From assembly GCF_964204865.1 (NCBI RefSeq), contig NC_135261.1, positions 16,678,001-16,742,000 on the forward strand: 64,000 bases of DNA. Reading direction: 5' to 3'. Under the pieces are notes generated by a model. It worked only from the letters and a program-made list of their open reading frames with translations, was not told the DNA's origin and ran no database searches. The stretch is from Styela clava (Eukaryota). Numbering within the stretch: the stretch's first letter is position 1; every line of letters begins with the position of its first letter. Both the position numbers and the translations under genes were made by a program. This document shows positions 24,001-36,400 of the stretch, in pieces.

Positions 24001-27000
24001 CTGATAAAAAACTAACAGTAAGTATAATTTTATTCAATTTATTGAAACCAATTTATTTGTTGTTACGTAAATACATCATTCATCGTGTATTTTTGATTTG
24101 AACAAAATGATCACATAGCCAGAATATTGGCTCGATTGGACACACATATTTATAGATAATATGATAGGGAAAGGATTTTCTTATTTACCCAAGGGTGGGG
24201 AGAAAAGCCAATAAAACGGCTTAATCATATAATAAACCACAGTCCACAGCCTCTTGTCCTATGGGACTAGTTAGCATTACATTTGCATAAATCTATAATC
24301 AACCAGTGGTTAAGTGAACCCCCATATGACAGCCTAGAGTTCAGCAAGCTTAATTTCTGTGTGACATAATTATCCCAACTCAATTCGAACCAGGGATGCC
24401 ACATAGGGTAATCAGATATGTGAAGGCTAGCATGTTCGTAATGCCAGCACAATGGGCCAACTGTTTAGCCTTTCCTTGTGAGCAAAGTCTTCGGTATTAA
24501 TATAATAATTCTATGTAAGCCTGAGGAAGAACAAATCCAAGAAGAAGAGAGAAAGAAATTGCAAGAGGATTATGATAAGAATGTAGAGGATTTCAATAAA
24601 ATGCAAGAAGAATATAAGAAGCAACATCCAGATGCTGCACAAGATATGAAAAATCCAGAAGAACTGGTAAGAAGAAAACAGATAATATGAGATTTACGAA
24701 TTTTCTATTTTTATACATTCAGACAAAGAACATTAACCAATGCCTAAATGACAAATATTCACATGAAAATATTTTAAATTAATATTTTTGTCTCTTTTAG
24801 GTTGGTTGTACGAACATTGTAGAATGGAAATATAATTTTCAAATTAATTTTCTATTTTAGTATGAAGGGGCGGCATCTACAGAGCTACGATCAATTTTTG
24901 ATGTTCAGAATAGTATCAAAAAAGACATAAGGTAAGATTTAACTTATAATTAATATACTATGTTTCACGGGTCATAAAGACGCAACAGATACTGGTACTG
25001 GTCTTAGGTAGGCAATATAGCACAAAGCACTACCTGATCCATATATTAGGCGCACCGGCACAATTGTTCTCTGAGGAACAAAGGGATTTAAAGTATGCTT
25101 TATGGTACATAAAATATGGTAATTAAATTTTAAGTGGTGAATCTACCACCACACCATTGATCTGAAGACTGTTATTTTGTGTACTCGAAATAGAGATCTT
25201 GCTGTATGCGGGACGACACTGTCTTCTTTATGTATGACGTTTATATATCTTTACTCGAAATAAGACTCCGACAAGCGACCACTAACGACTAAGAAGCTAC
25301 TGTTTCGGAATTCTCATATACTAGGCGAGGTATGGGCATGGCGTTTGAACCTAATATATTTGACCTGCCATAGTTGAAGTTCAACGATCAAACCATGTGA
25401 CCACCGAAAGAGGGATATTTGAAGCTGGAAGCAGATACTTTTATAATTTTTTGCTCTTCATTCCATTAGAAAAAGAAAGAGCTAGTTTTTCAACCCTGTT
25501 CAAGCTTACAACCAGACCATATAAAATTCATCACTATTTTGCAATTTGGGCTTTCACAACTTGTTTTCAATATTTTCAGGCAAATTTCCATCAGTTTGGA
25601 TCAAGTGTTAGAACAACAGAGTTTTATGTTTCGATCGTTGGAAAGTTTGGATACAAAAGTAAAGCAGGGTGGTGGTGATGGGAGTCAACAACCACATATA
25701 CCAGCTGCTGGAGCTGATGACTCTGCTAAAAAATATCATATCGATAATGTTTTAAATATGCAGAGAGAAAGCTATGATTCAATAAAGCAACTGAGGTATG
25801 AAATTTGTTCTCAAAGTTTTGTGATATGTGGAAGCGCAGTTCTTACCACTTCTTGGCGGCTCCTGCCACGAACGAACGTGGCGTCTCCTTTCATGGTTTT
25901 ATGACTCTATTACCGGTATATTCACGAAGTTTTAGTTTATCTTGCGGAATTGTATCTACCTCAACCTAACCCAACTCCATCATAAGGAAAATATTCCAAC
26001 TTACCCAAAGTTTGTCACCATCCGGGACAGTCCTGACATAACAGCCTACTTTCCTTGGTTTGTGGCAGAAAAATTTTACCCACTCACCTAAGTTCCCTCT
26101 AATTTTTTGTAGTATGTGTGCGCAGAAATTTTGTTGGGTGCGCACTTTTTTCGAAATGACCAATATTTGTGCAAAAACCTATGAAGAAATTTTGGCGTTC
26201 TAACCGGGTAATGGGTGGGCCAACAACAAACTTTCTCAACCTGCCAACTGAGAACATTGTTACATTATATCGAAATACGTCTGTGCGCAGTAAATCCATG
26301 CGTGTGCGCAGCCTCTGAAAGCTGTGTGCGCGCGCCCACCTTAGAGGGAACACTGCCACCCACCATGGTGTTCAATTTGCTGCCGTGGTGCCCCGCCTCA
26401 CACCATTGCTTTGTGGCAGCCAAGAGGTCAGCCGCCATGGTTTGACCATCGCAGCCATGGTTTTGGGGCAGCTTCAGACGATACAAAATACTCAAAACTG
26501 CACTTGGATATGTGCCCCTCTTCGCTTTTGACAGGTTTTCATTAGTAATATTATGTGCCAATTTTAGTATTAAAAAACCAACAAATGAAAGCAGAAGAAT
26601 AAATGCAACACAGTCAGAAAATGAAAAATTACATGAATTTACTTGAACTAACTTGAATACAACAATCAGCTATGATTTCAAATCAAATTTATAAATGATA
26701 ATGGAATAAATATCTATTTCTAGAGAAACTCTGATCAATTTGCAACATGTCGTAAATAACATGGATTTGAGAGTTCAGCAAGGGATAGAAAGAAAACCAA
26801 ATCAAGGAGGTGGAACTGATTCATATGAAACTATTCAATATCGGCAAGCAATGAATGAAAAAATGCACGATTTACAAAACGACATCGCATCTCTGTTACG
26901 CCGGCCTGTAGTGAGTTTGAAAAATTCTTTATATGCTTTCAGGAGGCTTTGCAAACTTTTGCTCCAAACTAGACCCTTTACTACAAGTACCTGCTTGGTT

Positions 27001-27970
27001 ATAAAGGAAAAATATTGTATCTGTTAAATTGTCGTTGTTCTGGTTGTTTCTAGTAACTTATGGACTTATCAAATTCTAAATTCAGAACATTATATAGGAA
27101 AAGTCGCTGGAAGGCATGTTGTATTTGACCCCGTGTTTATGAAATTAATAAATTTTTGATCTGATATTAAAAGATTTCAGAATCGCTCTCTTGGTATCGA
27201 CATAGCCGACTTATATTTACATTACCCATGTAGTTTGTTGAGTCGAATACCGACTGATCAGGGAGCGAACCGTAAAGTAGAACTAGTTGAGGAAGTCCAA
27301 CATTTTTATCGAGAATGCTGTGAAACATGCTTTTGTTTTGATAAAATCATGAATTGTTTTTTGTTTCAGGCTAATCCACCAAAGTTACATTGTCCTGAGC
27401 CAGAAATGCCTTCTTGTATTTCATTTGGAGTATTTCTTGCAATAGCGGCTGCTCAAGTTATCATTTTACTTATCTATCATTCCATGAGGTAAGATTGTCA
27501 ATCAAGTGTTTCAAATCTTTGCAGATTTTTTTATGGAATATTATTACAAGATACATATAGCGGGCAACTGGCGCTAGGGCTGCGTGAAATTACATTCAGC
27601 TTCGAAACTATACTCCAGCAAACTTTGACCTATGCAAGCACTCTTTGTTTGTTAAGGATAGTTTTGAAGTGTTATACTAGCAAATTTTGACTTCTAAAAA
27701 TGTGACTCTGGCTTATAGTCCTGATTAGCATGAGAAACCGGTTGAAGGGAATTGTGGTTGACGATTCTGTTTTATCATTTGTGCCTAAATATTGTCCCTG
27801 TATACTCGGAATACAGAAATCATGTCTATTCTAGTTAAATTGCACTCTAAAAGCCTAACACTAAGTCTGAAATAACAACACTGCCTCCAATGCCATTAAA
27901 CATATTTGGATCTTCTTTTGTGTGTTAATACAGGGCTTCAAGGGAAGATGCAGCTAAGAAATTCTTTTAA
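21074..27970 (+). CDS. LMAN1: ERGIC-53 lectin; exons 21074-21257, 21723-21877, 22396-22565, 23227-23326, 23654-23771, 23962-24017, 24520-24666, 24861-24931, 25580-25795, 26724-26910, 27370-27488, 27934-27970
   Basis: Signal peptide; HRRFEYKYSFKGPHL; GRGRVGADGLAIWY; SAATGGLADDHDV; coiled coil; CPE..SC; TM segment; C-terminal AAKKFF sorting motif. Confidence 0.95.
24170..24460 (-). mobile_element. tRNA-derived SINE, decayed copy in a LMAN1 intron
   Basis: GGTTCGAA B-box remnant, GGTTCACTTAACCACTGG and AAGCCGTTTTATTGGCTTTTCTCCC shared with the family. Confidence 0.6.
25840..26420. repeat. interspersed repeat related (inverted) to the interior of the 19118-19779 element
   Basis: Shared blocks CCTGCCACGAA, CATGGTTTTATG and AATTTGCTGCCGTGGT. 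Confidence 0.5.
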
Positions 27971-28862
27971 TGAACAAAAGATCGGAATTAAGGTATTGAA
28001 CTGATTTTCAAGTTGGATTGACGTGATGTGGGATTTTAATACTGTGTGACGAGAAAAGACAAGTGTCCAAAGTGTTGAAAAATTACAATAAATATGGATA
28101 GATTAGGACCAAAAGTCTTTAACATTTTTTTTGCCTATGCTCGTTCTAACCTTTTTTTATCGTTAATTGGAAATGGTAGATTAATTAATTGGTGGTGGGT
28201 GGTACAATTTTTAAAATTATTGCGTGGTCGGAGTGTGTGACATAAGAAATTTATTCAATTTTTTTTTATTCATTGTATGTAGATTTCTTATGATAATATT
28301 TTGACCCATAACATTTGAAGCTGTTGAAACAAAAACCTCCTCTATAGAGCCATTGAAGTTTTTTGTCTGTATACCTAATTGCTAAAAACAGTGTATATTA
28401 CCCTTCTATATTTTGTGCAATTCTATGAAACTGCCTAAAGTGAAGCTCTCTAAACCTGCCAAGAGAAGCAATCGTATGAAGCATCACCATGTCATTTTTA
28501 ATTTAAAATATGATTAATTAAATTCAGTGTCTGCTATTGAATGCAATAATAAATAAATATATATAGAATCTAGCTATTTGTGTTTTTCTTTTAGTGTTTC
28601 TTGACCCATTATAAAATAGAATGAACAATATTGCTGTGCAGGGACTGAGCACTCTTGGGAGTGTAAAAGTCAGGGGTAAGAAGGTAGTTTTGCATTTCTT
28701 TCAGTTTACAGTACCTAAAATAGCGTTTGGAAATTATTTGGTATCTATGGCGATTTTATCGTTCTCCCGGTGTTGTTGACGATTAATATAGCTCGGTTTA
28801 TGCCGGCAGATTCATTTATGAGCGAAGACAAAGGATCACAGCCGACAGGAAAGATTTAGAAT

Positions 28863-30450
28863 TGAGCCAGGAATGTCTTCTTGCATTTGATTTGGCATAT
28901 TCCTTGCAATAACAACTGGTAAAGTTGTCATTTTCCTTATCATTCAATGAGGTAAGACTGGTGGCTATCGGTTTCAAATCTTTAAATATATTGTTGGAAT
29001 ATTATTACAAATTTATAGTGCAAGCAATTGGTACCAGGGCTGCATAAAATTACATACTAGTCCAGGGATAGCTAATTATCGATTTTAATCGGTAAGTATG
29101 TTGATAGGTATTTGTCTGTCTGTCTGTTAGATGCACGCAATATCTCATGAAAGCGAGATTGAATCTGCTCCAGATTTTGCATGTGCATTCATCATGTCGG
29201 ACCAGAAGCCTATTAATTTTGGATGAATTATGTCGTATAATTAGCGAGTTATTAATTAATTAGTGATGGGACACAAGGTGTCACTATGGAGTAAGAGCGC
29301 TGTTTTGGGGATCCCGACTTTCAATCGATAAGTCTTCGGTCTCTGATCGATATTTTCGTTTGAATATTGCGACCTTCGAGTACCGAATATTGCACACACA
29401 TTTTCAGCATAGCGCAGCCGCCCACATTTTGATCAAAAACATTTTCACTGGGCGCATAGGTGTGAATACTGTTCCATCACATCTTTTCACTTAGAAGCAA
29501 GAAAACAACAAATTTACAATCTTATCACACATTTTCTTTGTATTTTTACAATGATAATATTATTAGGTTTGGTAATAACAATGTTCCGGGATATTAGAAA
29601 AGTGAATAAATTTATGTGGGGGATTTTAGAATGTATTCGAAATTCCAGATTCAAATATATTTTTTCAGAATGTTATGGGCTATGGCCATCCCTGCGATAC
29701 TACATCAAACTACGTGATATTTAAAATCTCCAGCAAACTCTCTTTGTTTGTTGAGGATGCATAATCAACTATTCTATGGATTTTAAGTTTTTACGTGAGA
29801 AATTTGTACTTTCAAAAATATGACACTGCTTCACAGCCCTGATTAGTATAAGCAATCGGTTGTAGGGAATTTCGGGTTGGCGATTCTATTTCACCATTTG
29901 TGCACGGCAAGTTCGCACTTTGTCTGTATGCCTATCGCTAAAAACTGTGTATGTTATCTTACTATATCTTGTGCAATTGTATGAAACTGTCTAAAATGAA
30001 GCTCTCCAAACCAGCCAAGAGAAGCAATCATATGAAATGTTCCCATGTCATTTTTAATTTAAAAATTATTAAATAAATTCAGCGTCTGTTGTTGAATGCA
30101 ATAAATATATATAGAATCTAGTTATTTGTGCCTTTTCTTTTTATGTTTCTTGACCTGTAAAAAAAATAGAAAAAAAATTAATTGATGCGCTAGGGTGCGC
30201 GACTTCCCCACGTTGAGGCGAGGGTCATGTCATGTCCTACGGCCACGGGTTTGGAAAACACATATGCCGCGAACACATCGTCACATTTTTTATTATCTGT
30301 TTCAGGAGATATTTTTGCAAATCAGTGTTTAAATATTATTTAGTATTAAGGCGCTTTTATCGTTATCCCGGTGTCGTTGATTCAATTTATGCTGGTGGAA
30401 TAATTTACGAGCAACGATAAAAGCATCACAGCCGTCAAGAAAATTTTAAA
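28863..30450. repeat. diverged tandem duplicate of ~27396-28860 (LMAN1/GPATCH1 3' junction)
   Basis: Colinear copies of LMAN1 exon 11 (TCA>TGA stop), intron 11, the distal 3' UTR (GCCAAGAGAAGCAATC) and the GPATCH1 terminal exon. Confidence 0.85.
29076..29361 (+). mobile_element. Helentron-associated (HINE/DINE-1-like) non-autonomous element
   Basis: subTIR TTATCGATT / AATCGATAA, (TCTG)n microsatellite near the 5' end, 3' hairpin TCGGTCTCTGATCGA followed by a T-rich end. Confidence 0.65.
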
Positions 30451-33400
30451 CCAGCGCAGCCATGATACTTCTCCATTGTGAAAATTAATTATTTTTATAG
30501 TTTTGTTGACGATGATTGCGTAAAAACATACAGTATCACGAGCATATTAATATTAATTGACTTGACGTTGACGATATCATTGGGCTAATAAATGACAGGC
30601 TGATAACAAAAATAAGCCATGTCGAAAAGTTTGTTAACGACTTTAATTTTACTGTCGAGGTTGAAACATTTCAGTATGATAATATTATTAATCACCGTAG
30701 GCCTAATTGCTGTCCTTAGATTTTAGGAAAGTGAATAAAATTCAAGTTTTGTGGGATTTTAAAATGGCCATCCCTGCACTTCACTTCACTGCTAATGTTA
30801 TTTTCAGGATTCTTCACTCTCTTATTATCCTTGAACAAATTTTGAAGCTGGACTACTATATTCACCTTTTTGTGTTTGCTCTTCTTTGATTTCTTTGGCT
30901 TTAACACTTCCGGATCTGAATAGAATAATGAAAGAAAGATTCACAAAACGAAGGCTCACCGCAAAGTTCTACAATAGTGCAAAACAATTGTATTTCACTT
31001 TCTGTAAATCAGAATTCTCCCGTACATGAACAACTTGAATAATACTGAATTACCAAAATATCACAATTGCACTGTGCATGAAATACACTCGAATAATACA
31101 CCAAGCACATATGCTTTAAAAAAGGGCAGGCAGTGCTGGTCTTTCCAATCAATGGTTGGTTGTATAAGGCCTTGTTTGGAGCAAGCAAAATACATGATAA
31201 GTGTTCTATAGGAAAAAATATCGGTCATAGGTAAGGCTGGGTGCTGTTTTGATTTTTGAAACGGACATTATGGCATCATAGCAAATGCCAACTGAAATTC
31301 GTCAAGGTCTAACGTTTTGAATTTTGACAAAATTATTTCAGATTCATATGACACCGCTGATTCAGAACAATCTGTGTCAACAGAAAAAGTGGCAAATGAG
31401 ATTTTTTGATTCCATCATCCTATTTTGTTTTCATATCAAAGACAAAATCTCGTTTCGATTTCGAAACATTGGTATTACCTGTTGAATTCCACAGTTTTGG
31501 AATTTTCACTGGAGGCAATGCTGGACCAAAGGAGCTATCTGTAGTTTCGATCTCAAGAGTCATAGAAGTTTCATTGACTGAAGAATCATTAGCACTTTCA
31601 TGTAGCGGACTCTTTTTTTCGCGAATAGATTTTGAGGAAAATTTATGAAAAGCTGGACGATGAACATCAGCAGATATTTTGGGCGATGTATGCTCTGTCC
31701 GAGACCCCAAAGAATCATTTAAAACTGAATTGTCCACTACCGGCTTTTGAAATTGTCCTAGAAGTGTAGCAGTGTTTGGTTTGTCATTTTTAGTTTGTAA
31801 ATTATCATTTTCTGAGTCACTATCTTCATCTGATGATTCGTCGGAATTTTCAAATATTGCTTTAAACAATTCCATTGAGGGTCTTTCTACTTGTTGTTCA
31901 TTTTCTTTCTTTAATTCTGTAGATAATTCTTTTAAGCTATCTGGTACTTCATTGGGTGCATGTGCTTTTTCAAATTCATTTGAAGATGCTGTATGATAAA
32001 TCAATGTTCAAGTATAAATTACTGTACTCTCGTAGTGTGTGTACCAGGTTAGGGTTAGATCATAATTTTATTCTGATTTTCCTGCTTTTAGTTCTATTAT
32101 GAGTTCGTGAACAGTCTGTGTTAGCAAGTAAATATACCCCCTGGCCATAGGTTTCAGTACCTTTACACAACTTGATGTAAAGTAGGCGAACAAAATTAGT
32201 TACCTCCATTACACACACTTTTGGAGCGCCGAACATGATGCAGCAGTACATCAGCATTCTCATTAGACATAAAACAATTTCAGTGACTGAGCTTAAAAAT
32301 TTTAAATTCAGGAATAGGAAACTTACAATTTTCATGATTTAGTTTCGGGCCTTGTGCTGGAGCTTCTTTGTCCCATCTTGAAACACTTTTCGAAAGTTTA
32401 TTAAACGTAGGTGGATTTTTAGTGTCACTAATAATACCAGTTGCCTTAGCTTGCGATTCAGAAACATCTTTGTAAGCGATAGGCTTCACTTGAGATAAAT
32501 TAGAATTCTTTTTTCTTTTAAAATCATCAGGATGCAGAAACATCTCGAGCGTACGATCAGAATTTGAACCAGGTATACCAACAATGTCAGAGCTATATAG
32601 AAGTAGAATATTGTAGAATTAGGTATACAGAGCGATGTTGAAGTCGAATTAAGATTCACATATTCATTCGAATCAACTTCATATACAAAAGCATATGGAC
32701 AAACACTTATGGTATCTATCATTATTAAGGTAAAGATATGACTAGAAAGTCATTGAGCAAGCAATTCCATCTTTAGGATACATTTAAAAAATAAAATAAA
32801 AATAGAGTCAAAAAGAAGACTAACTTGGGATACGGATTCGGTACATTGAATCTTTTACATAGAAGTGGATCAGGGTGCCATTCCACACATTCCCTAGTTA
32901 TTAATCCGAACATTTTCATTTTTGCAGCTTTCTTTTGAGAATCTTCTTTCTGAAAAAAAAAACATGATACATACATATAAAAAAATTGAACTAAACGAGA
33001 ATTTTTGAATGTGAACAAATAAGATTAATAAATTGTCGCAGACGGTCTTTGTATGGGGAGACGTACCAGACCACTCAGACGTCCTATTATTATTCAGTAT
33101 GATTCATAAACCATCAAGAGAGTAAATAACATTTCGCATTTTTCAATGTATCATCCGAGTTCAACTCAATTATACATTGTTATTTTTTAAAGAAATATTA
33201 CTTTATTTAAAATTTACCAAATACCCTTGTATTTAAGCCAAGTTTAAAACTAAAAAAAAAAACAAGAAATCCAAAACAAGAAATCCGCTTAAAGGAGAAA
33301 GGAGCATAACCTTGATTGTACTGAAAATTTGGCTTATACTCGCATAACTCTGATCTGATCCTACTCAAACTATAAGAGCGTGCATGCACACACGCGAAGC

Positions 33401-36400
33401 AGCTCTTGGTACGCTATGATAGCAATAGCAGTCTGTGATTGGTTGTCATACAGGTGATCGCTTTCGTGCTTACACTATGACAGCAATAACAGAATTTTGA
33501 AACACTTCTTACCGTAATTAATAAAAGTAAAACATAACATTAATGGCTATCCTGTTCATCAATTCTCTTTTGCAACCATACGCTGTGATAGGTGCATACT
33601 GTGTGTTACGATTTGTGAGATCGGCTTATATGCGAGAAAATACGGTAGCCTACTATATCACTATTTATTCATGCCATTTATCATTTTGCTTCAAATTTAT
33701 TTCAAACGAACAACCGACCTCATTTTCATATTTTAATTCTTCAGATTCAGATGTGAATCTTGATGACATTGTTGCAGATAAAGGTTGAAAAAATCTGGAT
33801 GCCTTTGTAAATTCTTCTTTTTCTCGTTCTCGTTCCCATTCTGTCATGTTCGGATCATGCTCGATTTTAGAATAGGGATCTGTAAAGCAACCAAATTTTA
33901 TGATTTGCAGGCAATGATTGTATAACCACCGCAAAAATACCCGAATTCTGTGATTAAATATAGTCTCTCCTTGAATCAGGATTTCCATATGCAATAGAGT
34001 AAAATTCATATTGTCTAGTTTAATCTTACAACTTACAAAGTTAATTTTATGAAGAAAATAAATATTTTCACATATGAATTCTTCATAAACATAATTTGAT
34101 ACTAATAATAATCTTGTATTTTGGGTCAATCGAAATTCTACGAACTATCAGAAAGATTTTGCTAACAGTTGACCTACCAGTTTTTTTATCTTTCAGAAGT
34201 GATAAATATTCTTTATATCTTCCTTGTTTCGCAGGATTGGACGCAAAAGGTTCGTACAAAGCCGATCTTTTTGATCTATCCGGCTCATTTACCTGCTGCT
34301 TTCCCAATTTTGCCCTTTCCAGTCTTTCCCGATCTCTCGAAGAAATAAGAGAAAACACTGATTTCGGGTCCTTATTTTGGTCAGATTTTTCCGTTTGATT
34401 TCCATCTTCTCCAAGCAGTTCTCCACGTTGGTTTGGATCTAGTCTATTAAATTTGTCATCTTGATTCGATAAGTTTTGAATAAAGTTTATATTTGAAGAT
34501 ACAACTGCTCTAATTTTCTGACTTTTTTGTAAAAGTTCTAAACGTTTATGAGGGTTGTAGTCTGGTGGAAGTAAAGGAGGTGGATAAACTTTTCTTTTGA
34601 CAAGTTTCTCAGCTTTTTTAAATCCTTCCAATGCTTTCTTTATGTACATGATTGAATCGTAAGCTTTGGCACCTACAATTTAATATTAATAGTAAGGTGA
34701 GCTGAGCACAATAATTATTTTATCAAAAGAAAATAATAAAAATCTTTTTGTAACATTCGAGTTTAGTTGGTAACTGGTTTTCATAAATTGTTATTTACCT
34801 ATATTAGTAATTTATTTCTTCACCAAACAGAAAATACGAAGCATGCATACACAAATTCGAAAGAATTTAAAAAAAATCGCAATTCAGAGTGAAGGAGACG
34901 CAGAGAAACCAATTATGGTCATCGAGAGCGACACCCTTAGGTCAGTCTAACAGAAAAATAATATTTAGAAAAAAGACGAACAAAAATATGTTATTTAAAA
35001 AACAAGGTACGTCAAGGCGGCCTTGTATATGCCAAGCAGTCGCCTTTTTCAACAACAAAAAAGTCGACTCCAAGCACCACAGTCTAGGTAACCATGGAAA
35101 AAGCAGTGCAAGACAGGCTCACAATGTTTCTAATAAAGAACATTGTCTATGTTCGATTATGCGAGGCTCAAGTTTAAGGTAGAACTGAATTCCAAGAGCG
35201 TAATTTTTCAGTATCTGATTTACCTTCAATTGCTTTAGTTGGCTTGGTCCATCCATAAGAATTGTCTTGTTTCTCTTCTCCCATTTCCATATCATAGTTG
35301 GCCATACTATCTTGTGCATATATATCTTGATCTTCATCTTCATAAGCTCCTACACCAAATGCCTGTCAGGTTTTGTTAGAAGAAAAAAAATGATCGGTAT
35401 TTAATTATTAGAAAACAAAACTAAATTGCTGTGCAATGGCAGAATGGCAATTTCAATCATAACAAGATGGACAAGGCAGATCATTACAAACACACAAAGG
35501 TACTATAGTATGCCAATGTGTAATATACTGGTAATAGAGCCATCAGAAGAAAATGATATTGTACAGTTACAAAGTTTGTGTACAGTTACCAGCAGACTAT
35601 CAAATGCCAAAAAACTTACAATAAGTCTTCGAACTCCGAGAACGTCAAAAGGAAATTTTGACTCAGTCTCCAGCCCCAGCTAAATCTCCAAGAAAAAAAA
35701 AGACTACCCCAACCTTCCCGACCCTGGTTTGTGGGTAAATTGAATCGACAAGAATGTATATATCAATAAACAGAATATAAATAAAAATGAATAGCCTCAT
35801 CAATTTATACCTGACCAGCAAATGATAGCTTTGCTCCAGATTTTGTTCGCAATGAAATGGCGGACGATTTTTTCTTTTTATCATGCAAGGCGAGTTTTGG
35901 ATCCATTCCTGTATATCCCAAACCAAATATATTAGTTTTTGCAATAAAACTCATCGGCACAGTATCTTCAGGTGCAAAAGTTATATTCTCCGGTATAAAA
36001 TCAGTCTGAAAAAGAAAATCATTATTGAATATTATAAGCTTCTTCGCTCGAAGGGTTCGGCAACTAGGCCCTCGAGTTCAAAATAATACAAGGGGAAATG
36101 ACTTCAGTGAGATTGATTTCGAACACATTTCAAAACAAGCCAAAATCTCAAATTCAGAATCCATTCAGTCATTTTATTTTTATAAACTCAGTGATGCTAC
36201 CTCAAATATTATCTATAAATAGGGTAGGCTACAGTAAATAAAAAAAATTGGTCTTATCGAATTCACCCAATGTCTAAGTGACTGGCTGCATACACAAAGC
36301 TTGTTTGACTTTCCAATGCAAAACCCTGGTGTTGTTTAAATTTAACTATAGCATCGTAATACCTTTTTTGGTCTCTTCACTTTTGGTCCAATACCCTGAC

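Noticed and set aside
30716-30865. GPATCH1 ending by read-through to the stop at 30716
   Set aside because: A good AAG|GTGAAT donor and an in-phase Lys/His terminal exon at 30154 fit better; intron retention is not excluded.
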